The notes: generated by a model from the letters alone, not told the origin. 64,000 bases of DNA from Candidatus Multivoradales bacterium (GCA_965223325.1 CBDCWI010000001.1:160001-224000); one strand, 5' to 3'; shown: positions 1 to 13,107, numbered from the stretch's first letter. Made by a program: numbers and translations.

Positions 1-37
1 TGTCGTTGTTGACATCGATGATGTTTTCGCTGGCCAT
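1..37 (-). CDS. 5' end of a gene running off the window (MASENIIDVNND...), possibly thioredoxin-like
   Basis: ATG at 37-35 on the minus strand with GGAGG about 8 nt upstream; only 12 codons visible, so the product is a guess. Confidence 0.4.
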   Translation of the reverse strand, partial: MASENIIDVNND

Positions 38-127
38 CGAGTGGGCCTCCGTAGTCTCCGCCGTGGCGGGTTGGGTTGAACTGTTGAAAGGTCAGGTTTG
101 CCGCGCAGCTCGTCGGGTGACTCTATC

Positions 128-186
128 GTCGGGATCTGGCGTCGGGATCTGGCGTCGGGATCTGGCGCCGGGATCTGGCGCCGGGA
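128..186. repeat. 13-bp tandem repeat (GYCGGGATCTGGC) x4.5
   Basis: Units at 128, 141, 154, 167 and a partial at 180, immediately after the ribF stop. Confidence 0.95.
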
Positions 187-189
187 GGT

Positions 190-1152
190 TCAGTGACTGG
201 GCAGTTCTTCCAAACGCGGTATCCCGCGCAGAAATTCCCGAGCGATTTCGACGTCCTTCCCGATCTGAGCCGACAGATCCATGGTGGAGCTGAACATCTT
301 CTCGTCGCGCAGCCGCTTCCAGAAACGGACCTCGACTGCCTCTCCGTATACGTCGCTCTGGAAATCGAGGATGTGACTTTCGCAAACGCGCTGAAAATTC
401 TCGTAGACCGTGGGCCTGGTTCCGATATTGGTCACCGCATCGAAGACCGCGGGGAACGACGGAAAGAAAACCCTGGTGGCATACACCCCGTCGAGCGGCA
501 GGAAGTCGCTATCAGGCGCCAGGTTGATGGTTGGCCAACCGAGTTTCTGGCCCATGCGATCACCACGGGCAACCAACCCGGTGACTGAATAGGGTCGGCC
601 CAGGAGCTCGTGCGCTTCGTAGACCTTCCCCTCCGCCAGCAGCCGGCGAATGCGAGTGCTCGAGACCCGTTCGACGCCGCGGCGCACCTCGTCGACGGTG
701 AACGCCTCGAAGCCGAAGCTCTTGCCCATCTGCTGGAGCAGGGAAACGTCGCCCTCACGCCGATGGCCGAAGCTGAAGTCGGAACCGACATAGACCTCTT
801 TGACCTCGAGTCGTTCGTGCAAGAAGTCGCGCACGAACGAGCGCGCGGGGGTCTGGGCGAACTCGGGCGTGAACTGCACGACCAGAACGGCGTCAATACC
901 GGTTGCGTCGAGCAATGCATCGCGCTGCGAAGGCGTAGCAAGGCGCGCCGGCGCGGCCTCGGGCCGCAGGACCGAAAGGGGGTGCGGGTCGAAAGTAATC
1001 ACCGCAGAAGGACAGTCGAGATCGCGAGCGCGCGCCACGACCAGCTCGAGGACCGCGCGCTGGCCGAGATGAATGCCGTCATAGTTCCCGATCGTGACCA
1101 CCGCACCTTGCGGAAGGTCGGTGGCTGAGAGTGCATCTTGAATGACTTGCAT
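190..1152 (-). CDS. ribF: Bifunctional riboflavin kinase/FAD synthetase
   Basis: TIGNYDGIHLGQ, TFDPHP, VSSTRIR, LGWPTINL, NIGTRPT and ESHILDF motifs. Confidence 0.97.
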   Translation of the reverse strand: MQVIQDALSATDLPQGAVVTIGNYDGIHLGQRAVLELVVARARDLDCPSAVITFDPHPLSVLRPEAAPARLATPSQRDALLDATGIDAVLVVQFTPEFAQTPARSFVRDFLHERLEVKEVYVGSDFSFGHRREGDVSLLQQMGKSFGFEAFTVDEVRRGVERVSSTRIRRLLAEGKVYEAHELLGRPYSVTGLVARGDRMGQKLGWPTINLAPDSDFLPLDGVYATRVFFPSFPAVFDAVTNIGTRPTVYENFQRVCESHILDFQSDVYGEAVEVRFWKRLRDEKMFSSTMDLSAQIGKDVEIAREFLRGIPRLEELPSH

Positions 1153-1157
1153 GGCGA

Positions 1158-2681
1158 TTAGACGGTCAGCTCCCGAGAAGCGGGACTCGGATCGTGCCCG
1201 GCAGCCATCTCGCTCGCCGTCACGACGTCCGGCCGACCGCGCGGCCCAACGATACGCCCGACCAGGTCATCGGCATGGGCCTCGGTCACCTCGACCTCGA
1301 CCAGGCTCGGCGCCGCCGCACAGCCGTCGACGATCAGCACCCGACCATCGATGCCGGGCGCCATCCCTTGATGCCGGGCTTCGAGAAGCAGATCACTCTC
1401 GGAACTCTGACCCTCGAGTAGCATCTCGAGAGTCTTACCGACCAGGCGCTGGCGGCGTTCGAGCGAAATCGGCCGTTGCACTTCGAGCAGATGCTGGAGA
1501 CGGCGTTCCGCCTCTTCGCCATCCACCGCAGCCTCGAACGTGGCCGCAGGGGTGTCCTCTTCGGGACTGAAGGCAAACGCTCCCAGGTGATCGAAGCGCG
1601 CTCTACAGATGAACTCTTCGAGATGTCTGAGGTGTTCGAGGGTCTCCCCCGGGAAACCGACGATGAACGTCGTGCGCAAGAAGACATCTGGCACAAGCTG
1701 CCGCGTGCGTTCGAGAAGGCGCAGGTAGCGCGCCGCGCTCCCTCCGCGCCGCATGCTGGTGAGCATCTCGGGATGGCTGTGTTGGAGGGGCATATCGAGG
1801 TACGAGACGAAGCGCTCTTCGCCACCCATGAGAGCAAGAAGCTCCTCGTCCAAGGTCGTTGGGTAGGCGTACATGAAACGGATCCAGGGGATCGTAGTCT
1901 CCGCCAACAGCGCCTCGACGAGACGCACCAGGCCGTAGCGACCGAGGCCGAGATCCTCTCCGTAGCGCGTCGTATCCTGCGCCAGCAACACGATCTCGCT
2001 AAAACCCTCGGCCTCGAGCCGCTTCGCCTCGGCAACAAGGCTCTTGATCGTGCGACTGCGAAAGCGGCCTCGCCAGACAGGGATGGCGCAGAACGTACAC
2101 GGGTTGTTGCACCCCTCTGCGACCTTCAGGTAGGCGAAACCGCGGGTGGTGACCAGGCGCGGCGCGGTGTGATCGAAGACGCGCTCCGCCCGGTGCGGGG
2201 CAAGCGGCAGGCTACTGCCAAGGCGCACCAGCCCAGAGACATCCTGCAGCTGGTCAAGGCCGATGAAACCATCGATCTCCGGAATCTCGGCGGCGAGCTC
2301 CTCGGCGTAGCGACTCGCCATGCAGCCCGACACCAAAAGGCGCTTCGGACCTCCGGCCTCGGTCTTTTGCTCGGCCACCTCGAGAATCGCCTCGATGGAC
2401 TCCTCGCGGGCCTCCCCGATGAAACCGCATGTGTTAACGATCACCACCTCGGCCTCGTGCACGTCGATCACGACATCGTGGCCCTGCCCTTCAAGTTCTC
2501 CGAGCATGATCTCGGCGTCTACGAGGTTCTTGGGACAACCCAGGCTGATCATTCCGACCCGCGGGGGCTTGCCCGTGTGATCAGGCGACAGCGCCGCCAC
2601 ACCGGGCTTTGGAAGCACAGAGGAACCCTGCGGCCGGGGCGCGAAGGCTCGCCGCTCTTGCCCTGAAACACCCTTGGACAT
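1158..2681 (-). CDS. rimO: Ribosomal protein S12 methylthiotransferase
   Basis: ISLGCPKNLVDAE, NTCGFI, radical SAM CxxxCxxC (CNNPCTFC), LRTTFIVGFPGET, C-terminal TRAM; start approximate. Confidence 0.95.
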   Translation of the reverse strand: MSKGVSGQERRAFAPRPQGSSVLPKPGVAALSPDHTGKPPRVGMISLGCPKNLVDAEIMLGELEGQGHDVVIDVHEAEVVIVNTCGFIGEAREESIEAILEVAEQKTEAGGPKRLLVSGCMASRYAEELAAEIPEIDGFIGLDQLQDVSGLVRLGSSLPLAPHRAERVFDHTAPRLVTTRGFAYLKVAEGCNNPCTFCAIPVWRGRFRSRTIKSLVAEAKRLEAEGFSEIVLLAQDTTRYGEDLGLGRYGLVRLVEALLAETTIPWIRFMYAYPTTLDEELLALMGGEERFVSYLDMPLQHSHPEMLTSMRRGGSAARYLRLLERTRQLVPDVFLRTTFIVGFPGETLEHLRHLEEFICRARFDHLGAFAFSPEEDTPAATFEAAVDGEEAERRLQHLLEVQRPISLERRQRLVGKTLEMLLEGQSSESDLLLEARHQGMAPGIDGRVLIVDGCAAAPSLVEVEVTEAHADDLVGRIVGPRGRPDVVTASEMAAGHDPSPASRELTV

Positions 2682-2755
2682 TGGGCGAATCGTAGCAGCA
2701 GAGGCCCTCGGCACACCGACTCCACCCCTGAACCGGCAATGAATTCCGAGAAAAC

Positions 2756-2784
2756 TTGAATTTATCGCCATTCATCGATATACT
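2756..2784 (+). promoter_or_regulatory. Sigma70-type promoter for the PilZ gene
   Basis: TTGAAT (2756-2761), 17-bp spacer, TATACT (2779-2784) in an AT-rich divergent intergenic region. Confidence 0.65.
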
Positions 2785-2850
2785 GGTTTCGCACTGTTGC
2801 CAGGGTACATCGCAACCCCAACAGCAGCCTCCCGATCACGGATCCTGGTC

Positions 2851-3561
2851 ATGCCGAAACCACCACCATTCTCGACAGAAATCCCCATCGACCGCTCACC
2901 AACCGTCGAGGACCCCGGCCTCTCCGGAGACCTGGCCTTCGTCACTCTGGCGGCGGTTGTCGATGTCGGACTCGGCGGTCTCGGACTGCAAACTGAAGAG
3001 GCCCTCCGCGTCGGCCACTCCTACACCGTCGACCTCGAGTCGTCCAACCTCGAGCTGACCGGCAAAACGGTATGGAACCGTCAGGTCGGTACCTTCCGCC
3101 AGAACAACGGTCGCATCGTGCCCCGCTACCGGGCCGGTCTGGCGTTCGAGAGCGAAACCATCACGGCCCACCAGGAAGCGTTGCAGGAGTACCTGATTCT
3201 CAACGCCGTCTCCGAAACCGCCTCGCGACGCCCCTCACCGCGCTACCACCTGCGCTCGGACACTCCGCGGGTACTCCACACCCGCTACCCGTTCACGGTC
3301 GACTCGATCAGTGTGTCCGGAATGATCGTCAAGGTCGACCAGCTCCCCACCCCCGATGCAGTCCTTCACCTGCGTCTCGGCCTCTCCGACAGCGAACAGC
3401 TCGACCTCACCGCCCGCCTCAGCGACGTCTACCAGACCTACGACAACGACAGGATCGACACCCGTGTCGCCCTCGAGTTCGTCAACCTCTACGCCGGCAC
3501 CCGCGAAACCCTGGGTAACTGGGTCCGCGAACGACGTTCACTCACCCCCCTCATCCAGTAG
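2851..3561 (+). CDS. Tandem PilZ-domain protein (putative c-di-GMP receptor)
   Basis: RxxxR (RRPSPR) followed by an SISVSG variant of the DxSxxG motif; N-terminal PilZ-like half with DVGLGG, GKTVW and AGLAF. Confidence 0.7.
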   Translation: MPKPPPFSTEIPIDRSPTVEDPGLSGDLAFVTLAAVVDVGLGGLGLQTEEALRVGHSYTVDLESSNLELTGKTVWNRQVGTFRQNNGRIVPRYRAGLAFESETITAHQEALQEYLILNAVSETASRRPSPRYHLRSDTPRVLHTRYPFTVDSISVSGMIVKVDQLPTPDAVLHLRLGLSDSEQLDLTARLSDVYQTYDNDRIDTRVALEFVNLYAGTRETLGNWVRERRSLTPLIQ

Positions 3562-3890
3562 CTCCAGCAACCGAACCACACCCACCCTCCCGGCCAAAGG
3601 CCCCGCTGCCGCGTTTCCTCTTTCCCGACAGCAACCCGACCGAACAGCTCACCCGCACCACCGCGCGGCCAAGATGATCTGAGATCTGAGATCTGAGGCG
3701 TGGAACACCACCCCACGAAAGTTCAACGGCGCGACTCCCAGTACCGCTCTACAGAAAAAGGAAGCGCGTGCCTGCGGCCACCACGCCTCAGATCAACACT
3801 CCGGAGGCGCACGACAAGCGAACCGAAGTCCTCCGCCGCACCTGCAGGGCCACCCACCAACCGCCAACGGCAACCGCAACGGACCGCTTG

Positions 3891-5800
3891 GATACGCCGG
3901 GATAAACCGGCATGGAGAAAGGAATGAGAGAGTCCCACCCTCGAAGGGGTAGCGACCCAGAGGGTCCCCGAGTCATGCGCCGGCTCCCGCGAGGGTGCGG
4001 TGAAGCGTTGACAGGGGCACACACAGGCCGGGTATTGAGCCGCGAAATAAGAATTTGGGAGTGCCGACGCTGTCAAGCGAAGCGGAAGGCGAGACTCCGT
4101 AGCGCGCTATCGCGAGCTCTGCGGCGACTCCCCGCGGTCGTAGACCCTGTGCATGTGTGGAATCTCCATGCGCGAGAACCGGGAGATCCGCGATCTGGCC
4201 AGTTGGGTATCTGGTCCGCATCGGGAAGGCTAGAGGCCGTAAGCCGATGACGCACGGATGGCGGAAGTCAGACAGGCCCGTAGTACCTGCGAAGTCGTCG
4301 AACAACGGTGGGAGACCAGCGGCGGAGGCGGTGGAGGGAAGGGGCCTGGCCAAGGGGAACACGGGCAAGCAAAACGCACCCCGGACACAGAGCCGGATGG
4401 AGAGTGCGAGCAATGCGCTGGGCCGTGTACGAGAAGCCGCCCGCAGGGGCAAGGAAGTGAAGTTCACAGCGCTTCTTCACCACATCACGGTCGAGCGACT
4501 CCGGAGCGCATTTGACGTGTTGCACCGAGACGCAGCGGCAGGAGTGGACGGAGTGTCATGGAGCGAGTACGCAGAATCTTTGCTGAGCAATCTCGAGGAC
4601 CTGCACTCTCGTGTCCACCGTGGGAGCTACCGGGCGAGTGCGACTCGTCGCGTCTACATCGAGAAATCGGATGGGCGGTTCCGACCGCTTGGCATCGCCA
4701 CGTTGGAGGACAAGATCCTTCAGCGCGCCGTCGTCTCGGTGTTGGATGCGATCTACGAGGAAGACTTTCTCGGGTACTCATACGGATTCAGGCGAGGCCG
4801 CAGCCAGCACGATGCTTTGGATGCGCTATTCGTTGGAATCACAAAGCGGAAGGTGAACTGGGTGCTCGACGCAGACATTCGTGGGTTCTTCGATGCCCTG
4901 GACCACGAGTGGCTGGTGAAGTTTCTCGAGCACCGTATCGGAGACCGTAGGATCCTTCGCCTCATCCAGAAATGGCTGAGGTCCGGAGTGATGGAAGACG
5001 GTAAGTGGCACGCGAGCACGCGGGGGACTCCTCAGGGGGCGACGATTTCGCCTCTCCTCGGGAACGTGTACCTGCACTACGTGCTCGATCTCTGGGTCCA
5101 GCAGTGGAGGAAACGCAACGCGCTTGGGGACATGATCTTCGTGCGCTACGCGGATGACTTCATCGTTGGATTTGAGAGGCAGGAGGAGGCAGAACGATTC
5201 CTCGAGGAACTGAACCTGCGACTCCGTGACTTCTCGTTGGAGATCCAACCCGAGAAGACGCGCCTGCTGGAGTTTGGCCGCTTTGCGGCCTACAACCGAC
5301 GCGCGCGAGGTCTCGGGCGGCCGGAGACCTTCGAGTTTCTAGGCTTTACGCACTGCTGTGCGCAGTCTAGTCGAGGGAGGTTCTTGCTGAAGCGCATCAC
5401 GAGCCGCCACCGAATCCGCAGGACACTGAAGGCTGTCGGTACGGCCCTTCTGGGACACCGACACTCGCCGCTACCAGAGCAAGGTCTCTGGCTGGGATCC
5501 GTGGTGCGAGGCTTCAATGCCTACTACGGCGTACCCGGCAACTCAGCGGCGTTGAACGCCTTTCGACAGGAGGTCATTCGGCACTGGATGCGCGCTCTGC
5601 GCCGACGCAGTGACAAAGACCGCACGTCCTGGAAACGGATGTGGGCCCTGGTGGCCCACTACCTACCCAAAGCCCGAGTCCAACATCCCTGGCCTGATGA
5701 GCGACTTGTCGTCAATACCTGAGGCAGGAGCCCAGTGCATTAGCAGTGCACGCTGGGATCTGTGCGGGGGGCGCCGGGCAACCGGCGCTCCTACCGCGAT
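3891..5800 (+). mobile_element. Group II intron (IIB-like, resembling bacterial class E), apparently complete
   Basis: Removing 3891-5800 restores the repeat sequence GGACCGCTTG|CGCCGGACC; DV GAGCCCAGTGCATTAGCAGTGCACGCTGGGATC (5728-5760); DVI with bulged A ending ...CTACCGCGAT; EBS1 CAAGCG (4074-4079) pairs with IBS1 CGCTTG (3885-3890). Confidence 0.95.
4247..5722 (+). CDS. ltrA: Group II intron reverse transcriptase/maturase without endonuclease domain
   Basis: AAGVDG, RPLGIATLEDKILQ, SYGFRRGRS, WVLDADIRGFFD, GTPQGATISPLLGNVYLH, RYADDF, maturase RGFNAYYG; no HNH tail; start may be 4247 or 4397. Confidence 0.96.
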   Translation: MTHGWRKSDRPVVPAKSSNNGGRPAAEAVEGRGLAKGNTGKQNAPRTQSRMESASNALGRVREAARRGKEVKFTALLHHITVERLRSAFDVLHRDAAAGVDGVSWSEYAESLLSNLEDLHSRVHRGSYRASATRRVYIEKSDGRFRPLGIATLEDKILQRAVVSVLDAIYEEDFLGYSYGFRRGRSQHDALDALFVGITKRKVNWVLDADIRGFFDALDHEWLVKFLEHRIGDRRILRLIQKWLRSGVMEDGKWHASTRGTPQGATISPLLGNVYLHYVLDLWVQQWRKRNALGDMIFVRYADDFIVGFERQEEAERFLEELNLRLRDFSLEIQPEKTRLLEFGRFAAYNRRARGLGRPETFEFLGFTHCCAQSSRGRFLLKRITSRHRIRRTLKAVGTALLGHRHSPLPEQGLWLGSVVRGFNAYYGVPGNSAALNAFRQEVIRHWMRALRRRSDKDRTSWKRMWALVAHYLPKARVQHPWPDERLVVNT

Positions 5801-6364
5801 CGCCGGACCAGGATGATCGTGATCTGAGGCGTGGTACACGACCCAGCGAAAGCTCAACGGCGCCACTCCCAGTACCGCTCTACAAGAAAAGGAAGCGCGT
5901 GCCTGCGGCCACCACGCTTCAGATCAACACTCCGGAGGCGCGCGACAAGCGAACCGAAGTCCTCCGCCGCACCTGCAGGGCCACCCACCAACCGCCAACG
6001 GCAACCGCAACGGACCGCTTGCGCCGGACCAGGATGATCGTGATCTGAGGCGTGGTACACGACCCAGCGAAAGCTCAACGGCGCGACTCCCAGTACCGCT
6101 CTACAAGAAAAGGAAGCGCGTGCCTGCGGCCACCACGCTTCAGATCAACACTCCGGAGGCGCGCGACAAGCGAACCGAAGTCCTCCGCCGCACCTGCAGG
6201 GCCACCCACCAACCGCCAACGGCAACCGCAACGGACCGCTTGCGCCGGACCAGGATGATCGTGATCTGAGGCGTGGTACACGACCCCACGAAAGTCAACG
6301 GCGCCACTCCCAGTACCGCTCTACAAGAAAAGGAAGCGCGTGCCTGCGGCCACCACGCCTCAGA

Positions 6365-7675
6365 TCACGGATAGATCTTGTAGAGCATCCGGGGGTAGGG
6401 AATCGTTTCGCGGAGATGGGGAACACCACTCATCCAGGCGACGAACCGTTCGAGGCCCATGCCGAAGCCACTGTGCGGAAAGCTTCCGTACTTGCGCACA
6501 TCGAGGTACCACTGGAAGGCCTCGATCGGGAGTTCGTGTTCGTGAATTCGTTCGAGCAACAGGTCGTGGTCGTGGATGCGCTGGCTGCCGCCGATGATCT
6601 CACCGTAGCCCTCGGGGGCAAGAACATCGAGCGCCAGCGCGGTCTCGGGGCGTTCGCCGTCGGGCTGCATATAGAAGGCTTTGGTTTTCGCCGGGTAGTG
6701 AGTGATCATCACCGGCCGATCGAAACGTGAGGCGAGCAGCGTTTCGTCTTCGGCCCCGAAGTCGTCGCCCCACTCGAGCGACTTGCCCGCTTCAGCAAGC
6801 ACCGCGACCGCCTCGTCGTAGGTCATGCGCGGAAACGGCCCGGCCACTGCCTCGAGCTTGGCAATGTCCCGATCGAGAACGTCGAGCGGGCCTCGGCAGC
6901 GCTCTAGAACCCTACCGACGACCGAGACCAGGAAGTCCTCGGCAAGCTCACAGAGGCCATCGAACTCGAGAAAGGCGACCTCAGGCTCCACCATCCAGAA
7001 TTCAGTGAGATGGCGGCGCGTCTTCGATTTCTCGGCGCGAAAGGTCGGGCCGAAGCAGTAGACCTTGCCGAGTGCAGCGGCTGCAGGCTCCAGGTACAGC
7101 TGGCCCGACTGGCTCAAAAACGCAGGATCGCCAAAGTAGTCGGTCTCGAACAACGTCGAGGTACCTTCGCAGGCAGCCGGCGTCAGAATCGGCGAGTCGA
7201 TGAGGCTGAAGCCACGATCGTAGAAGAAGTCACGGATGGCGTGCACCGCTTCACTCCGAATCTGGAGGACCGCACGCTGTTTACTCGATCGCAACCAGAG
7301 GTGGCGATTGGCCATCAAGAACGCCGTGCCGTGTTCCTTCGGCGTGATCGGGTACTCGTCGGCCAGCGACACGACCCCGATCGAGTGCGCCTTCAGCTCG
7401 ACGCCCGTTGGCGAGCGCTTGTCGGCCGCAACCTCGCCGATGCAACGGATCGTCGACTCCTGGGTGGCCTCTTCCAGAGCGTTCCATGTCTCTTCACTGA
7501 CGTCGCCGCGACTCACCACGACCTGGACGACTTCACTCCCGTCGCGGAGCTGGATGAAACCGATCTTGCCGCTCGAACGTTTGTTGGCGATCCAGCCGGA
7601 AAGTTCGACTGTCTCGCCCACCAACTCGGGCAGGTCACGGACCCATACGCGTTCTGTCTTTTCCTCTCCACTCAT
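6365..7675 (-). CDS. asnS: Asparagine--tRNA ligase
   Basis: OB-fold N terminus, [49 protein letters not shown]. Confidence 0.95.
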   Translation of the reverse strand: MSGEEKTERVWVRDLPELVGETVELSGWIANKRSSGKIGFIQLRDGSEVVQVVVSRGDVSEETWNALEEATQESTIRCIGEVAADKRSPTGVELKAHSIGVVSLADEYPITPKEHGTAFLMANRHLWLRSSKQRAVLQIRSEAVHAIRDFFYDRGFSLIDSPILTPAACEGTSTLFETDYFGDPAFLSQSGQLYLEPAAAALGKVYCFGPTFRAEKSKTRRHLTEFWMVEPEVAFLEFDGLCELAEDFLVSVVGRVLERCRGPLDVLDRDIAKLEAVAGPFPRMTYDEAVAVLAEAGKSLEWGDDFGAEDETLLASRFDRPVMITHYPAKTKAFYMQPDGERPETALALDVLAPEGYGEIIGGSQRIHDHDLLLERIHEHELPIEAFQWYLDVRKYGSFPHSGFGMGLERFVAWMSGVPHLRETIPYPRMLYKIYP

Positions 7676-7723
7676 CTCGAGGAGACTACCGGATCCCCCA
7701 TGTGCCCGTTGGCGAAAGGCGAA

Positions 7724-8443
7724 TCAGTCTTCGTTGCGCGACATCTCGAGAGTCGCGAGGGCAGCACGCGCCGCGGCGCGCTCGGCACGACGCTTCGAGG
7801 TGCCGCTGGCGGTTGCGACCACTTGCCCATCGATCTGGCACTCGACGTAAAAGGTGAGCGCGTGATCGGGGCCCTCGCTCCTCACCTCGTGGTACTCCGG
7901 CAAGGCCCGTCCAGCGGCCTGCAGGCGTTCCTGCAGGACGGTTTTGGGGTCTTGTTCGACCACCGTCGGGTCGCGGGCGATGGCGCGATCCAGCAGTGGT
8001 CGGATGACCCGCCGGGTCGCCTCGAAGCCGCCGTCCAACATCACTGCGCCAAGAATCGCCTCGAGTGAATTCGCCAGCAACGAGCGCTTCGTGCGCCCAC
8101 CGCTCTTCTCTTCGCCGACCGTCATCGCAATGAGAGGTCCGATTTCGAGGTAGCGCGCCGCATCGGCCAGGGTCTTGGCTTTCACCAACTGGCTCTTCAT
8201 GGTGGCGAGTTCGCCTTCGGGCGCGTTGGCGAAGCGCTCGAATGCCCACTCGGCAGTCACCAGTCCGAGCACCGAGTCGCCCAGAAATTCCAAGCGCTCG
8301 TTGTGATCGGTCGCGCGTTGGTTGGCGGCGAGCGAGCGATGGGTCAGAGCTTCCTCGAGCAGGACGCGATCGCCAAAGGCGTAGCCCAACCGGTTCTCCA
8401 GACCGGCGAGTTCGAGGTCACGGTTGGGTTCAGATTCAGACAC
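7724..8443 (-). CDS. rnc: Ribonuclease III
   Basis: ALTHRS, NERLEFLGDSVL, dsRBD DPKTVLQE...SKRRAERAAA; GTG start inferred at 8443. Confidence 0.96.
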   Translation of the reverse strand: MSESEPNRDLELAGLENRLGYAFGDRVLLEEALTHRSLAANQRATDHNERLEFLGDSVLGLVTAEWAFERFANAPEGELATMKSQLVKAKTLADAARYLEIGPLIAMTVGEEKSGGRTKRSLLANSLEAILGAVMLDGGFEATRRVIRPLLDRAIARDPTVVEQDPKTVLQERLQAAGRALPEYHEVRSEGPDHALTFYVECQIDGQVVATASGTSKRRAERAAARAALATLEMSRNED

Positions 8444-8454
8444 GCACCGCTCGC

Positions 8455-10307
8455 TTAGAAGTGGGCCGGCTCGCCGCCCTGGCTCCAGCCCTGGCGGCCG
8501 AATCGCCGCTCCAGCTGACTGTCGTCGAGCTTGAGAATCGTTGGTCGGCCGTGGGGACATGCATACGGCTGCTCGGCTTCGAAGAGCTCTCCGACCAGTT
8601 GTTCCATCTTCTCGAGCGACAGCGGATGGTGAATCTTGATCGCGCCCTGGCACGCGCGGTCCGCCGCCAGACCGTCGAGTAGACGCGCTCGTACGTCGAC
8701 TGAGCCAGCGCCGTCGAGAGGACTTTCGCCGGCCACCGCGACCAGCAACCGTTCGGCCGCACGCGCGCTCCAACCTACCGGTAGGGCGCGAACCGCCCAG
8801 GCGTCCCCCGAGTAGCGCTCGAGCTCGAAACCGGCGCGCGCGAGACTTGGCTCGACTTCCCCGAGAGCCTCGGACTCGACCGGACCGAACTCGAGCACCA
8901 ACGGCTCGAGAAGCCGCTGGACTTCCGGTTCGTCGCCCTCGAGCGCTCTGCGAAGGCGCTCATAGAGGACCCGTTCATGAGCCGCGTGTTGATCGACCAG
9001 GTAGAGCCCATCAGGGCCTTCCACGAGAACAAGCGAACCTTTGTACTGCCCAAGGACCCTCAGGGGCCGCTCATCGCCGGGTCGCGCCGCGCCTGAGAAG
9101 CCACGCCCGGGACTGGTCCACGGTTGGTACGAGACGCCGCCGATGCGCTCCTGGCTGGGATGCGGATAGGTCGGGCTGTCCTCGGCAACGACACCGCCAC
9201 CGGGCTCGAGCATGCGCCCCAGACCCTGCCACGCGAAACTCGACGGACGAGTCTGTGGGTCGACTTCTTCGAGCACCGTCGGCTCCTCATCGCGCGCCTG
9301 GGCGAGAGCCTGCCGAAGAACCGAGGCCAGTTGGCCAAACACCGCCCGATCACGAAAGCGCACCTCGGCCTTTTGTGGATGAACGTTGACGTCCACCTCG
9401 TGCGGTGGCACATCGAGGAACAGAAACAGCGCCGGGAAGCGATCGCCATGCCAGAGGCTGCGAACGCAACCGTAGAACACCCCAAGGATCGAGCGATCGC
9501 GGAGCAGACGGCCGTTGACGTAGCTGAAGATGCGTCGTCCACCGAGCGTGCGCCGGGTCCCGAGGAGACCCCGCACGATCGCATCAGGAGGCAAAGGTAC
9601 GAGTTCATCCGCGAGCTCGGAGCCGAAGAGCTGCCTCACCCGCTCACGCAGCGCCTCGACGAACGGCGGCGCATCGGGACCCCCCGCCGTCGTCGCCGGC
9701 GCACTGAGGCGTTCGCGTCCGTCGTGGTGCACGGTCCAGTGAACCTCGGGATGGGCGAGCGCATAACCCTGGACGACCTCGATCGCCCGCCGATACTCGG
9801 TGACCGGTTTCTTGAGGAACGACTTGCGGGCCGGAACCGCATCGAACAGACCGTCGACTTCGATGCGCGTTCCCCGCCCGCGCGGCGCCGGGCTCTGCTT
9901 CTCGAGGCGTCCGGCGACGAAACGTACACGGCTGGCGTCAAACCCCTCGGCGGCGCTGGTTGCGTCGACCGTAGCCACGGCGGCGATCGCCGCCAAGGCC
10001 TCGCCGCGGAAGCCGAGCGTCTGCACTCGTTCGAGGTCCTCGAAACGACTGATCTTGCTGGTGGCGTGGCGTTCGAAGGCCGCTCTCAGTTCTTCGGGCG
10101 CCATGCCGTGCCCGTCATCGTCGACAACAATGCGACGACGGCCACCCTCTTCGAGTTCGATGACTACGCGTCCGGCACCGGAGTCGAGGGCATTCTCCAC
10201 CAGCTCCTTGACCACCGATGCCGGGCGCTCGACCACTTCGCCGGCAGCGATCTGACTGATCAGTCGATCGTCGAGACGCCTGATGCGGCGCTCCTTCTGG
10301 CTGGCGC

Positions 10308-10311
<4 letters not shown>
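8455..10311 (-). CDS. mutL: DNA mismatch repair endonuclease MutL
   Basis: IAAGEVVERPASVVKELVENALD, GFRGEAL, DVNVHPQK, DQHAAHER, CPHGRP. Confidence 0.97.
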
Positions 10312-13094
<2,783 letters not shown>

Positions 13095-13107
13095 GAAAGT
13101 GCCTTCG

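Larger units (their letters stand above)
3676..6369. repeat. 221-bp tandem array: four ~105-110 bp inverted-repeat-bounded elements separated by three near-identical linkers, with the first linker interrupted by the intron
   Basis: Elements at 3690-3794, 5818-5926, 6039-6147 and 6260-6369; arms CGTGATCTGAGGCGTGGT / ACCACGCYTCAGATCA; period 221 bp (5801, 6022, 6243). Confidence 0.97.

Noticed and set aside
4247-5722. DGR, retron or defence-type RT
   Set aside because: It has a maturase domain and is enclosed by recognisable intron RNA domains (EBS1, DV, DVI); no adenine-specific TR/VR mismatch pattern is seen between repeats.
5821-5860. Hammerhead ribozyme (CTGAGG...CGAAA)
   Set aside because: The core reads CUGAGGC rather than CUGANGA, and stems II and III do not form properly.
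5831-6281. Repeated 68-74 aa ORFs in the array
   Set aside because: By-products of the repeat; frames differ between copies, and there is no RBS or known motif.
5801-6369. CRISPR array
   Set aside because: Linkers are near-identical rather than unique spacers, units are far too long, and no cas genes are present in the window.
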